From Candidatus Micrarchaeota archaeon (GTDB lineage Archaea; Micrarchaeota; Micrarchaeia; Micrarchaeales; CABMGC01): a stretch of DNA of 58,292 bases. The notes below the pieces were generated by a model. It was given only the letters and a program-made list of their open reading frames with translations. It was not told where the DNA came from and ran no database searches. Below are positions 1-9,807 of the stretch, in pieces; position 1 is the first letter of the stretch, and each line of letters opens with the position of its first letter. The DNA is taken from contig JAWDMK010000002.1 of NCBI GenBank assembly GCA_046536675.1, positions 1-58,292 of the forward strand, given 5' to 3'. The translations under genes were made by a program, and so were the position numbers.

Positions 1-74
1 AAATCCACACCAAGGTCTGCACTAGCTACAATGTTCTCGACCTTAAAATCTGGCTTTAGCAATTTCTTAGCCAT
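1..74 (-). CDS. tbp: TATA-box binding protein, first 24 codons only (gene runs off the left edge)
   Basis: Reverse complement of 1-74 reads ATG then MAKKLLKPDFKVENIVASADLGVD. This matches the start of the first TBP repeat (ENIVAS..L..DL). It is absent from the ORF track because the window edge truncates it. Confidence 0.5.
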   Translation of the reverse strand, partial: MAKKLLKPDFKVENIVASADLGVD

Positions 75-86
75 CCAACCACTTTT

Positions 87-100
87 CTTATAAAAATAGG
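87..100 (-). promoter_or_regulatory. candidate TATA box for tbp
   Basis: The minus strand reads CCTATTTTTATAAG about 15-25 nt upstream of the ATG at 72-74. This fits a short-leader or leaderless archaeal promoter. Confidence 0.3.
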
Positions 101-353
101 TAAAGATATTTATTTATATTTGATTGATAGCTTAGCCTGTTGAGATTATATCTATTATGTATGCCATGCCCAACGACTTAATACTCGTCATAAGCTTCTT
201 GCCCTATACAATAAACTATTAACAAAATAGGCGTTTAAATAGCTATGCAAGTAGGCAACTCATTTATCTGAAGCCTTAGCTAAACAAAGGCTATAAAGTA
301 AAAAAACATGCTTCGCATCTAAGATAAATGAAGAAATAAAGACAAAATAAAAA

Positions 354-1685
354 TCACTTTACTCCTACTATTATTGTTGCTAACTTTGTCATATGCTTAG
401 AACCATTAGTATTATAGCTTGCCCATATAGTTCCAGATATTGTACCTCCTGGTGTAACCGGAAAAGTTACGTTATCTGCACTGCTAAATGAAACATTGCT
501 AGATTCGCCAGAGTATACTCTACCTACAAGTGTACTGGACGGAAAATTACTACATGAAGATGGTGAAACAGTGCTATTAGGTACAAAACAGTAAGTTACA
601 TTACTCCAAGTTTCCCCAGTGGCCTGTCCAAGTGTTACCTTCAATGTTCCATTATTCAGCTCAGGATTGATGCATAAGAAGCCTGAACTTGGAATGCAAA
701 TATTGCCAAAAAATGATGGATTGCTTAATATAGGTCCAGGCAGTGAAGCAATTTCTGGATTAGTATTGTTATTAATGTATGTTGCATTCATGCTGAGTAA
801 AATCTTAAACTGTATAGAAGAATTTATTTCAGCAATCGATCCAGAAACGTTTATAGGTATACCATATTGTGTAGATACACAGCTTGTAAGGTTATATGTA
901 AAATTGGCACCTTTTGATTTTATCACGCCAACAAAAGCATTTGAATTTGTGTTATTCAATGGTATATTGAGTTTACCACTACCCTGCATAAGATAACATG
1001 TTATCTTATTATTGCTTATTTCCTTTACACCATGAACAGTAATATTTAACTCTTTAGTGGTGTTTGTAATATTTGATATTCCTGGAGTTTGAATTTGGGA
1101 TATTGTGGTGTTCAAATTTTTTGTGCAGGTGTAGTTTGAAGTGCCCATAAGAAGGCCTGAAAATGAAGTTTTTGAGCATGTATATAATGTAGAGCCATTC
1201 TTAATAATTACTGAGCTCATATTTCCTACAAGCGGCACATCACTTATTCCAAAACTTATTCTTGAAATATTATAGTATTTTTCGTAGCTAAATTCAATAG
1301 GGGCCGAAGTGCTTAGAGAGCCTGTCAAAAAGCTATTAATATGTAATTCTACAGTACCTGTATATGAAACATTAAGCTTATTCGTTGCGTTTACTGTATT
1401 AATCATTGCATTTACAACAGCAACCATGCTCACAGGTTTACCCGTAGAAAGTAGTGCTATAACAGGATTGCTGTACGCCGGCTTGGTAAAAGAATAAGCA
1501 AGATAAGCCACAATAACAATTATTATAAGTGCTGCAATAGCTTTTATAAGCATTCCATTATTACTTTTTTGTTTTACAGATCCTTGCATACTGGAAGAGG
1601 TGTTGGAAGGCGTATTTGCATTATTTTGTAAATTAGTGGGATCAAAGTTGGTCTGGTTATCACCACCACTATTTGGTCCGATCAT
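354..1685 (-). CDS. N-terminally anchored surface protein, probably heavily N-glycosylated
   Basis: 443 aa ORF with a polar low-complexity N-terminus and a single TM (LIKAIAALIIIVIVAYLAYSF). The roughly 370 aa ectodomain has more than 20 N-x-S/T sequons by my count. I recognise no family. Confidence 0.6.
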   Translation of the reverse strand: MIGPNSGGDNQTNFDPTNLQNNANTPSNTSSSMQGSVKQKSNNGMLIKAIAALIIIVIVAYLAYSFTKPAYSNPVIALLSTGKPVSMVAVVNAMINTVNATNKLNVSYTGTVELHINSFLTGSLSTSAPIEFSYEKYYNISRISFGISDVPLVGNMSSVIIKNGSTLYTCSKTSFSGLLMGTSNYTCTKNLNTTISQIQTPGISNITNTTKELNITVHGVKEISNNKITCYLMQGSGKLNIPLNNTNSNAFVGVIKSKGANFTYNLTSCVSTQYGIPINVSGSIAEINSSIQFKILLSMNATYINNNTNPEIASLPGPILSNPSFFGNICIPSSGFLCINPELNNGTLKVTLGQATGETWSNVTYCFVPNSTVSPSSCSNFPSSTLVGRVYSGESSNVSFSSADNVTFPVTPGGTISGTIWASYNTNGSKHMTKLATIIVGVK

Positions 1686-2035
1686 GTTTATACCCCAAAT
1701 ATTTATATTTCATGCAAAATGGAACCGGTATACTTTAAACTTATATTATTAAATATTTTTGCATTCGTTGGTTTAAGGGTTGTTGGAATTTATACTGTTA
1801 CTATTTAGGGCCATTGAACCATTGCTTTACTTTTACAGATAGATCTATTCTTGCCAAGCTAAACACCTGAAGAACTCTGTTATGCTGTTTGCTGGTGCAA
1901 TAGCTACTGCAACATGCAAGAAACGAAGGTTTTTAAAGTTTCAAAGCACTATTAGTTTGAAGAGATACCAAAGAAGGAAAGATAAAAAGAATAAATACTT
2001 TTCCGCTAAATATCAAGTTACAAATTAGTGATTTA

Positions 2036-2323
2036 ATGACTGAAAGATCTCATGGTATGTTTGTAGGAAGGACAAGGCACTTGGCCAGGCACCATAAGCC
2101 TTCTAAGCTTGGTATAACTAAGCTCATTAAAAAATTCAACATAGGTGATAAGGTAGTAATAGTGCCAAAGGGGAACTTCAGAAATATACCACACCCAAGG
2201 TACAGAGGCAAGGTTGGTACAGTTGTTGAGAAGCGCGGCTTGGCTTATGTTGTAGAAATACCAGTTTCAAGCTCAACAAAAAGGAAGCTCATTGTGCCAC
2301 AGATGCATCTAGAAAAAGCCTAA
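2036..2323 (+). CDS. rpl21e: 50S ribosomal protein L21e
   Basis: 95 aa. GMFVGRTRH...FNIGDKVVIVPKGNFRNIPHPRYRGKVGTVVEKRG is the typical L21e signature. Confidence 0.9.
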   Translation: MTERSHGMFVGRTRHLARHHKPSKLGITKLIKKFNIGDKVVIVPKGNFRNIPHPRYRGKVGTVVEKRGLAYVVEIPVSSSTKRKLIVPQMHLEKA

Positions 2324-2892
2324 CCTCTTTTTTGTGGATAAGGCCTTGTCAGAAGGTAAAACCTGCTTTCTCCTTTTAATTCTATAAGCACACGCTCAAC
2401 TATTAGCTTTATTGGATCCTGGAGAAGCTTTACCCTGTTTGTAAGGTCCTCAAAGCTCTCAAAAGGCTTTTCCTCCCTTGCTGAGAGAATGGCGTTAAGA
2501 TGCCTCTTGCCTATGCCAGGGAAGAGTTCAAGCTTATGCTCCCTGATGTTGAGAGGACCTGCTGTATTGAATATTTCTACAAACCTCTTCTCATTAGATT
2601 TTATTATATTGGCTATAGCGTTTGGAAGCTCGTTCTTAGCACCTTCTGTAAGCTCATCGTATGTGAGCCTAGCCTTTATAAGGGCTATCTTATCGCGCTC
2701 GCCCTTGCCTATATAGACACGCTCGCCAACATGAAGCATAACACCAGGCTTTGGCACAGCCTCAAGCAAAGTAAATTTGTTCTCACCAAGCAACTGAACT
2801 ATAGGCTCTGGGTTTGCAGAAAAAGACTTTCCAGTAGGCAAGAAATCAATGACCACTGCATATTCCTCAAGTTCCTCCTTTTTTTCATCCAT
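2320..2892 (-). CDS. DUF655/COG1491-type predicted RNA-binding protein with C-terminal helix-hairpin-helix
   Basis: 190 aa. N-terminal YAVVIDFLPTGKS OB-like start and C-terminal HhH (FPGIGKRHLNAILSAREEKPFESFEDL). It lies directly downstream of rpo4, as in the conserved archaeal rpoF-DUF655 neighbourhood. Confidence 0.7.
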   Translation of the reverse strand: MDEKKEELEEYAVVIDFLPTGKSFSANPEPIVQLLGENKFTLLEAVPKPGVMLHVGERVYIGKGERDKIALIKARLTYDELTEGAKNELPNAIANIIKSNEKRFVEIFNTAGPLNIREHKLELFPGIGKRHLNAILSAREEKPFESFEDLTNRVKLLQDPIKLIVERVLIELKGESRFYLLTRPYPQKRG

Positions 2893-2919
2893 ATAGTCTC
2901 ACCTACTGGCATAAGAACA

Positions 2920-3255
2920 CTACTTCCTATAGTTGTTGATCTTTTCAATAATGCTTGCTATAACACTATCATCAAAGCTCCTTTTCTCGAATATGAGAAC
3001 CTGCTTAAGCTGCAGATCATTAATAGGCATTATATCAATAATTTTCTTTGCGAGCCTTTTTCCAAGGCCAAGCTCAATGAGCTCCTTCTCAAGCTTCTCT
3101 GCCTTTTCCTTGCTAAGCTTTGCAAACTTCTTTGCATGTTCATAAGCAAGCTGTTGTTCGTAGCCGAGCTCACCCTCTTTCTTCCTTTCCTCAAGTATCT
3201 CAAGTGCCTCTACAACTGAGACAGGCTCTGGCTCACTCTGCTCTTTTCCTATCAT
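2920..3255 (-). CDS. rpo4: DNA-directed RNA polymerase subunit Rpo4 (RpoF)
   Basis: 111 aa. VSVVEALEILEERKKEGELGYEQQLAYEHAKKF...LIELGL..AKKIIDIMP is characteristic of Rpo4/F. Confidence 0.8.
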   Translation of the reverse strand: MIGKEQSEPEPVSVVEALEILEERKKEGELGYEQQLAYEHAKKFAKLSKEKAEKLEKELIELGLGKRLAKKIIDIMPINDLQLKQVLIFEKRSFDDSVIASIIEKINNYRK

Positions 3256-3437
3256 CGCATTACCTCCACGCTAAATATTTTGAATTTATCTTTATAAACC
3301 TTTTGTATAATGGCTTGCGCTCAAAAGCCTTATTACTTTATTCACAGGAAATACGTTGGTATGTGCCCTTAATTATTCAACGACCGGTATGCAAAGATAT
3401 TTATGATTTATTTGCTTATTAGTATAGAGGTGCTGGT

Positions 3438-4349
3438 TTGGACGCCCATACCGCTTATTTAAAGGTAATGGAGGAGATGAGCAAGCATATTGCAGGAAAG
3501 AAGGAAACGCTCGAGCTTCTTTTTCTTTCAATTATAGCAAATGGGCATGCACTACTAGAGGGTGTTCCTGGAGTTGCAAAAACTACGATGACAAAGGCAC
3601 TTGCTTCTATTATAGACGCAGATTTCAAGAGAATACAAGGCACGCCAGACCTTGAGCCTAAGGATATAATAGGCTATACTTATATTGATTCAGACAACAG
3701 CATTAAGGTTAAGAAAGGACCTATCTTCACAAACATACTCCTTATTGATGAGCTTAACAGAGCACCACCAAAGACGATGAGTGCCTTTCTTGAAGCGCTT
3801 GAGGAAAGGCAGGTCAGCTTGGGCGGCACTGATATACCTTTGCCAAAGCCATTCACAGCATTTGCAACCCAAAACCCGCTTAGGATAGAAGGAACTGAGC
3901 CATTGCCAAAGGTGATGGCAGATAGGTTTATTATGAGAATAGAAGTAGATTACCCTAGCATGGAGGAAGAGGGTGAGATGCTTAGGATAAAGGAAAGGGA
4001 AGAAAAGATAGCAGTGAACAAAATCCTTACAATAAATGATATATTAGATATGCAGGAGCAGGCAAAAAATATATTGCTACCTGATGATGTTGTCAAATAT
4101 ATAACAGCAATAGTAGATGCAACAAGAAAGGATATACATGTTGTAATGGGTGCAAGCCCAAGAGCAGATATTGCCTTTATGGCTTGTGGCAAGGCGAAGG
4201 CGCTTGTAGAGGGAAGAAAAGAGGTAACAATAGATGATATAAGGTTTTTGGCAAAGCCTGTGCTTAGCCATAGAATTGCTGTAAGAGCCACAGGAGGCAT
4301 AGGAGTAAACGGAATAATAGATGGTATTTTAGCTTCAATAAAAATTTGA
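3438..4349 (+). CDS. MoxR-family AAA+ ATPase
   Basis: 303 aa with a TTG start. Walker A is GVPGVAKTT and Walker B/sensor is LLIDELNRAPPKTMSAFLEALEERQV, followed by a typical MoxR C-terminal lid. No VWA/DUF58 partner is adjacent. Confidence 0.85.
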   Translation: MDAHTAYLKVMEEMSKHIAGKKETLELLFLSIIANGHALLEGVPGVAKTTMTKALASIIDADFKRIQGTPDLEPKDIIGYTYIDSDNSIKVKKGPIFTNILLIDELNRAPPKTMSAFLEALEERQVSLGGTDIPLPKPFTAFATQNPLRIEGTEPLPKVMADRFIMRIEVDYPSMEEEGEMLRIKEREEKIAVNKILTINDILDMQEQAKNILLPDDVVKYITAIVDATRKDIHVVMGASPRADIAFMACGKAKALVEGRKEVTIDDIRFLAKPVLSHRIAVRATGGIGVNGIIDGILASIKI

Positions 4350-4423
4350 TTATGTGCTTTTTATTTAGACATACTAAGAAAGATATTTAAATTCTTCTTT
4401 CTCATAAATATTGAAAATTATAG

Positions 4424-4798
4424 GTGCTTTGCATGAATGCAAATATTTGGAAGGTAATGTACTACCTCTTCTTTGCAACAACATTAATTGGTGCAAACTT
4501 TGCAGCGACTACATCACCTACAGGCATTACTGCGATAAGTTCAGCTTTCTGCGCATTAGTCGGTACAGTTAGAAGCATAATTGCACTTTTTGCTGTAGTC
4601 ATGTTCTTAATAGGTGGCGTACTCTATGCTATCGCACACTTCTTACCAACAACTGGCCAGCTTAAAGGCAGTTTGCAGGGATGGGCTCTTGGTATGATTC
4701 TAGGAGGAATAGTTGGTGTAATACTAGTGATAATAGCACAGCCTATTGTAAATATGGTTGCTGGCTTCGGAAAGAGTATCTCAGCTGTAAGCTGCTGA
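4424..4798 (+). CDS. small secreted two-helix membrane protein, VirB2/TrbC-like pilin candidate
   Basis: The likely true start is the ATG at 4433 (MNANIW). It has a signal-peptide-like segment (YYLFFATTLIGANFAA/TTSP), then two long hydrophobic helices separated by the polar loop PTTGQLKGSLQGW. It is the first gene of the cluster. Confidence 0.45.
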   Translation: MLCMNANIWKVMYYLFFATTLIGANFAATTSPTGITAISSAFCALVGTVRSIIALFAVVMFLIGGVLYAIAHFLPTTGQLKGSLQGWALGMILGGIVGVILVIIAQPIVNMVAGFGKSISAVSC

Positions 4799-4827
4799 TT
4801 TAAATATTTTTCCTCTTTCTTTAATTT

Positions 4828-6648
4828 ATGCTTGGCATTATTGGCAGAAACGATAGGATTTTGCTTATTTTTGCTTCACTTATAATATTATTTAACATAA
4901 TCATTCTACCACCACTTTACCTCTTTGTACCTATTGTAAATTTTCTTACCTTATTAAACTTCACACTCTTTGTCCTTTACACTTTTTTACTTTTCTTTAG
5001 CAAAAGCAGGCTCAAGAACTTAATCTTAATAATTATAGTTGCATTACTTATAATTCAGGCATTAAGCCTACCATATTCGGTTATACTTAAAAAAGCTTTT
5101 GCTACACTACAGAAATTCCTACTATGGTTCTTCTTTTATATACCTATAATTTTTCTTGTCTTCTTTGGAATGTATCTATTTAAGATGAAGCCATTCAGGC
5201 ATGCTAGATTAATATCAGTATTATTCTTTCTAATAGCTGCCGCCCTTCTTTTCTACTACAATTTTGTAGTCATAATCTCTTGGCAAATGGACGACGAGAT
5301 GTTCATTCAGCTTCTATCCGCAAAGGAGATTTTAAATCTACAAAACCCTTACGAAAGCAATTATTCTAGCTTACTCTTTGAAAATTTGTCGAATTTCGGA
5401 ATAACAATGACAACAGAAAATAAGTTTATAGGCGTGCTTGATTATCCGGCGCTTTTCCCTATTGCAGATATACCTTTCATTATTTTACCTATCAAAATAG
5501 GGCTTATACTAAAGCTCCAGGTATTCATCTTCCTTTACCTATTGTTTCTCACAATAGGCTACCTCGCTAAGAAAGAAGAAACCATTAAGCCGAGCTTTCT
5601 CATTCTTACAGGAATATTGGTAAGCTTATTTGTGCTCAGCTCATCTACGCAAGCATTAATGCTTTTGCTTAGCCTTATTGCCTATTCAAAATCTGGCACT
5701 AGATATGGGTGGCTCTTTCTCGGGCTTGCAGCTTCTATTCAGGAGATGCTCTGGCTTCCTGTTCTCTTGCTGATCTTATACACTTTTTCCAGCTTTGGAC
5801 TTAAGGAAGGCGTTAAGGAGCTCTCGCTTACTTTACTTGTCTTCCTTATAATAAATGGACCTTTTATATTGCTTAGCCCATACAAATTTTTGCATAATGT
5901 AATACTCCCAGCAACCTCATACGTAATACCTAACAGCTACGGTTTGGCAGGCTACCTCATAACAGCATTTTATCCAACAGGACTTCATGCATATTCGCTT
6001 GTACCTATTGCATTCATCATTTTTTCTATGCTTCTTATGCTTTACCTAAACGATAAAAGGCTTGTATTTATAATAAGCGTTATTCCGTTCTTACTCTTGG
6101 CACACGGCATAGCCACATACTATTTATTCTTCATAGGCGCGTTTCTGATAAGCCTAGGCCTAGAGTATAAAGCTGGTAGGGATAGAATAAGCAGTTACAA
6201 AAAGCTTATACTATATGCACTTGTTATTATAGTAATCGCAACCGCTGCATATGTATTCTTTGCACACAGTGCCTATGAAAGCAGTTTTTATATCAAGGCA
6301 CTAAACCAAAGCTATGCAATAGTAAATAATACGCTTTTGTATAACCTTACATTATCATATAAGGCAAACATACCAACATTAACAACGGTATTGTCGGTTT
6401 ACAATGGTAGCGTATTACTATATGGAATAAATGAAAGTATAATTCAAGGCGCGAATGAAACGCCTGACGTAGAAATGATAGACACAAACTTCATACATTT
6501 AAACAAAAGAGGTATAGCAAGTATCGAATACAAAATTGCACTTCCACAAGGAATTGGCACATTCTATGCTGATCCTGCAATATTCAATGGGAGCTATGTA
6601 TATTACCCACCGCCGATAATAGTTTTAGCACCAGAGAATAAAGTATAA
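4828..6648 (+). CDS. polytopic membrane protein, possible GT-C-fold glycosyltransferase (DUF2029/PMT_2-like)
   Basis: 606 aa with 12 or more predicted TMs. The first large loop carries WQMDDEMF...LQNPY...LDYPALFP, resembling the D..vY...G.nPY...f.YPPl pattern of GT-C enzymes. The C-terminal ectodomain has sequons. No WWDxG motif is present, so it is not AglB. Confidence 0.35.
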   Translation: MLGIIGRNDRILLIFASLIILFNIIILPPLYLFVPIVNFLTLLNFTLFVLYTFLLFFSKSRLKNLILIIIVALLIIQALSLPYSVILKKAFATLQKFLLWFFFYIPIIFLVFFGMYLFKMKPFRHARLISVLFFLIAAALLFYYNFVVIISWQMDDEMFIQLLSAKEILNLQNPYESNYSSLLFENLSNFGITMTTENKFIGVLDYPALFPIADIPFIILPIKIGLILKLQVFIFLYLLFLTIGYLAKKEETIKPSFLILTGILVSLFVLSSSTQALMLLLSLIAYSKSGTRYGWLFLGLAASIQEMLWLPVLLLILYTFSSFGLKEGVKELSLTLLVFLIINGPFILLSPYKFLHNVILPATSYVIPNSYGLAGYLITAFYPTGLHAYSLVPIAFIIFSMLLMLYLNDKRLVFIISVIPFLLLAHGIATYYLFFIGAFLISLGLEYKAGRDRISSYKKLILYALVIIVIATAAYVFFAHSAYESSFYIKALNQSYAIVNNTLLYNLTLSYKANIPTLTTVLSVYNGSVLLYGINESIIQGANETPDVEMIDTNFIHLNKRGIASIEYKIALPQGIGTFYADPAIFNGSYVYYPPPIIVLAPENKV

Positions 6649-6707
6649 AATAAGATAGTATTTAAATTTTACAATAGTGATATATACTAAGATACTAAGG
6701 TGCATGC

Positions 6708-7439
6708 ATGCCAAATATAATATATGATGCATTTGAAACTTACGTAGAGAATCTAAAGCTTGTCCTACTCTTCTCCATACCTTTTATAATTGCGTTTACA
6801 ATACCACTACTTGTACCATTGCCAACATATATTACAATGGGTTCAACATTCTTGAGAACTGCAAGCGCTTTTGTAAATATTAATATGTTTGGAATTGCTG
6901 TTATAGTTGTAGCAACATTCTTCTCCCTTCTATTTCTAAGCTTTGCATTTGTTGCAATAGCATATATAGTCAAGACTAAAAGGACATATGGTAAGGTAAC
7001 AAGAGATATGATAAATAGCATAGAGAAGCATACAGGAAAAGTGTTTATTATATTCATACTTTATTCGGCTATTGTTATACTTGTAGACATAATTAGCTAC
7101 CCAACAGGCTATGCAGGTTTAATAACCTCTATTGTTGGTTTTGTATTGTTTTTGTTTATTTTCTATGCCCCTAGCGCAATAGTAATTGACAACAAAAGAA
7201 TGATAAGAGCAATAAAAGATAGTACAAAGCTTCTCTTTAGGGAGCCGCAGTACTTCCTTATTTGGCTCTTCTTAGCAATAGTTGTATTGAGCTTTTTTGA
7301 TGAGCTGTTTATACTTCTTTTTGGCACGTTTTATTCAAGGTATGCTATGCTCATATTCAGCTCTCTTTTTATACTGCCTTACTTTGTGATCTTCCAGGCA
7401 GAAGCTTATATGAAAAGATTCCCAATACTTAAGCACTAA
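6708..7439 (+). CDS. integral membrane protein, unknown function (about 6 TM)
   Basis: 243 aa hydrophobic ORF, co-directional with the cluster. I recognise no motifs. Confidence 0.6.
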   Translation: MPNIIYDAFETYVENLKLVLLFSIPFIIAFTIPLLVPLPTYITMGSTFLRTASAFVNINMFGIAVIVVATFFSLLFLSFAFVAIAYIVKTKRTYGKVTRDMINSIEKHTGKVFIIFILYSAIVILVDIISYPTGYAGLITSIVGFVLFLFIFYAPSAIVIDNKRMIRAIKDSTKLLFREPQYFLIWLFLAIVVLSFFDELFILLFGTFYSRYAMLIFSSLFILPYFVIFQAEAYMKRFPILKH

Positions 7440-7493
7440 AAACGAGATAAGCATTAGGTATTTAATTTATTATTTTTCAATATAATTGATATC

Positions 7494-8687
7494 ATGGGCG
7501 CCAGTAGGGTATTAATTATATCTTTATTGCTGCTTGTCCTTTACTCTGGAATATCATTTGCAGACTCTTGCTCGCTTCCGTCTATTGCATTGAATCTTAG
7601 TCCAAGCCCACTCTTTTCTGTGCTTGCACTTGCTTTTATGCTTTCCTTTCTTGTCATAGCTATAGGCGTTATGATAAATAAAGCTGTTCCTGGAACAAAG
7701 CTTGGTGAGTGGCTTAAAAATGAGTATTGGGAGATGGCGAAATCTGCTATACTTATTGCTGGTGCCATAAGCATTCTTGTATTTGCTGGAAATATATCAC
7801 TTCTCTTAATAGGCCAACAAGCCACTGGTAGTTACACCATGTCTGGACTTAACCAGATATTAAATACCTTAAGCAGCTCTTCAGGCCAGGCACTTTGCAG
7901 TATTTATGACGACATAAACAATTTTGGAAGCTCAGAGAGCGGTTTTCCAGAGAGTCCTTTAGGTATTGTAACTGGAATAGCTACTTGGAAAACGATTAAT
8001 GTTGGATATTGGCTTCCTATACCTATACCCGGAGTTGGCGCATTTACATTTGGCTCAAAGTTTCAGGTTTATAACAACCCAATGCTTGAATCTATTCCTC
8101 AAACACCGATGGGGCAATTTGAATCTATTGTGAACGATATTATAAACTTTCTCTATTTTCCAGTAAGTTCGCTTGTTGCATTAATGTACATCCTAACGCC
8201 ACTTATAGTATATATAGGTATTATGATCTTTGTGCCGTTAGGAATAATATTCAGAGCTTTCCCATTCCTAAGGCCCATTGGTGGCACATTATTTGCCTTT
8301 GGAGTAGGACTCTCTATAGTATTCCCACTTTTGATAATACTGATAAATATGCCACTTACCAGCATCTTATACAATACATTAAACTATTCCCCAATCCCAA
8401 CAACTGGAAACGAATTACTTGACGGAATAATAAAAGTGCTATTGGCTGCGGCAAATACAATATTGACTGGGATATATCCTGAATATAACTTTTTTTCTGC
8501 CATTCCATTAACCATAAGCATATATCCAGCATTAAATATATACGCCCCATACTTTATGTTTCTTTTTGCCGAATTTGTATTCTTTCTAATAGACTTAATG
8601 ATATGGTATCCTTTGGTTGATTCTATAGCAAAGTCGCTTGGCGGCACAATAAGGCTTGAGTTGGGTGGTAAACTAAGGATTGGATAA
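7494..8687 (+). CDS. cluster paralog 1: polytopic membrane protein with signal peptide
   Basis: 397 aa. Sec-type signal peptide (LLLLVLYSGISFA/DS). Shared core motif GIIFRAFPFLRPIGGTLFAFGVGLSIVFP and shared tail SLGGTIRLELGGKLRIG. Confidence 0.75.
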   Translation: MGASRVLIISLLLLVLYSGISFADSCSLPSIALNLSPSPLFSVLALAFMLSFLVIAIGVMINKAVPGTKLGEWLKNEYWEMAKSAILIAGAISILVFAGNISLLLIGQQATGSYTMSGLNQILNTLSSSSGQALCSIYDDINNFGSSESGFPESPLGIVTGIATWKTINVGYWLPIPIPGVGAFTFGSKFQVYNNPMLESIPQTPMGQFESIVNDIINFLYFPVSSLVALMYILTPLIVYIGIMIFVPLGIIFRAFPFLRPIGGTLFAFGVGLSIVFPLLIILINMPLTSILYNTLNYSPIPTTGNELLDGIIKVLLAAANTILTGIYPEYNFFSAIPLTISIYPALNIYAPYFMFLFAEFVFFLIDLMIWYPLVDSIAKSLGGTIRLELGGKLRIG

Positions 8688-9807
8688 TATGATTTCTTTC
8701 TTGCTTGACCTTAATACATGCGCATTTGCTGGCGGCGGGGTAAATGCAAATAACTGGATAGGAATAAATATGCTTGTTGTACTGCTATTTTTCACTATTG
8801 CTGCTTTGATATACGCGCTTTCTAACCTTCTTCCACCATCGCCTAGAGAAAAACTCAAGACTACTTCAAAATTCGAGATCATGCAAATGGTACTAAGTAT
8901 TTTTATTATTATAATACTTGTTGGAATTGCAAGTCTGTCATGCGACTTTACAAACTCTATAGCCGGTATGGACCCTTTCGGAGCTGCACAGATCTATATT
9001 GGCAAGCTCCTATTTGTAGATGGTATAAATCTAGCAACACATATATACTCAACATCAATAGAATTTATGATAGGTTCAGAAATAGCCAACATTGTAGGTT
9101 CACCCATTTCAATTCCCCTAGTAAAGAGCAGTGTATTAAAGTTAAGTGCTAGCCTCTCACCATCATTTGGCAACATATACAATACATATGGGGATATTGT
9201 AGTTGGTTATAATACACTAGTAATAGTAACTTTTGGCATGCTCTTCTTGAATTTTCTAATGCTTTTCATAGTTAAAGCCATAATGCTAACGGTTGTTTTG
9301 CCTGTTGCGATAGCAATGAGAACTCTTTCCTTTTTAGGACCAAGACTTAGGGAATCAGCAAACTCGTTCCTTGCGTTGGCGGTAGCCTTTTATTTTATTT
9401 ACCCACTTACGTTTGTTATGGATTCTTATATTGTTAATTGGACATATTGCATAGGAGCACAATCCACATGCAACCCATACCATAACAGTTATCCTCTAGC
9501 ATATACAGCAAGCTCAATTCCGACAAGCTCTCTCTTTGCAACATATCCAAACTACAAGCTTTTTGGATTTACTTTTACATTACCATTTGTTAACTTTTAT
9601 TCGAGCGTTCTTAGCGGTATACCTTTTCAAGACATACTTTTAGCTCCTGCATCTATTGGAATTGTAGCCCAGCAAGTCTCTGACTTTGTATTCCAAGGCA
9701 TATTCTTAATGGCACTGAATATATCTATAACGGTTGCATTTGCAATAAGCTTAACCAAGGCCCTGAATGCAGGCTTTGGCTTGAGAAGTGAAAGCATATG
9801 GAGTTGA
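8680..9807 (+). CDS. cluster paralog 2 (most divergent)
   Basis: 375 aa, overlapping the previous gene by 8 nt. The core motif is degenerate (AIAMRTLSFLGPRLRESANSFLALAVAFYFIYP). Tail is ALNAGFGLRSESIWS. Confidence 0.7.
   Translation: MDNMISFLLDLNTCAFAGGGVNANNWIGINMLVVLLFFTIAALIYALSNLLPPSPREKLKTTSKFEIMQMVLSIFIIIILVGIASLSCDFTNSIAGMDPFGAAQIYIGKLLFVDGINLATHIYSTSIEFMIGSEIANIVGSPISIPLVKSSVLKLSASLSPSFGNIYNTYGDIVVGYNTLVIVTFGMLFLNFLMLFIVKAIMLTVVLPVAIAMRTLSFLGPRLRESANSFLALAVAFYFIYPLTFVMDSYIVNWTYCIGAQSTCNPYHNSYPLAYTASSIPTSSLFATYPNYKLFGFTFTLPFVNFYSSVLSGIPFQDILLAPASIGIVAQQVSDFVFQGIFLMALNISITVAFAISLTKALNAGFGLRSESIWS

Noticed and set aside
268-307. Hairpin AGCCTT-n9-AAGGCT and an A7 run (T7 on the minus strand) downstream of the 354-1685 gene
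   Set aside because: It is probably just the oligo-T terminator region of that gene. It is too weak to list as a feature.
1882-2028. 48 aa very basic ORF (MLFAGAIATATCKKRRFLKFQSTISLKRYQRRKDKKNKYFSAKYQVTN) just upstream of rpl21e
   Set aside because: It is tempting as a small ribosomal-type protein. However, I recognise no family, it has no obvious SD or promoter, and AT-rich DNA readily yields Lys/Arg-rich ORFs. I leave it uncalled.
2500-3219. 239 aa plus-strand ORF spanning the DUF655 and rpo4 region
   Set aside because: It is antisense to two well-supported genes. Its composition is Leu/Phe/Cys-rich and shadow-like, and it crosses their intergenic gap. I treat it as a shadow ORF.
3438-4349. 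The MoxR ATPase as a component of the downstream ATPase/membrane cluster
   Set aside because: It has the same strand and lies only 74-83 nt upstream (depending on which start is used for the next gene), but an AT-rich promoter-like spacer separates it from the cluster. MoxR usually pairs with VWA/DUF58 proteins, which are absent. The association cannot be supported from sequence alone.
4828-6648. The large polytopic protein as the oligosaccharyltransferase AglB
   Set aside because: No WWDxG motif or DK/MI motif is seen. The loop motif fits other GT-C families better, and even that assignment is weak.
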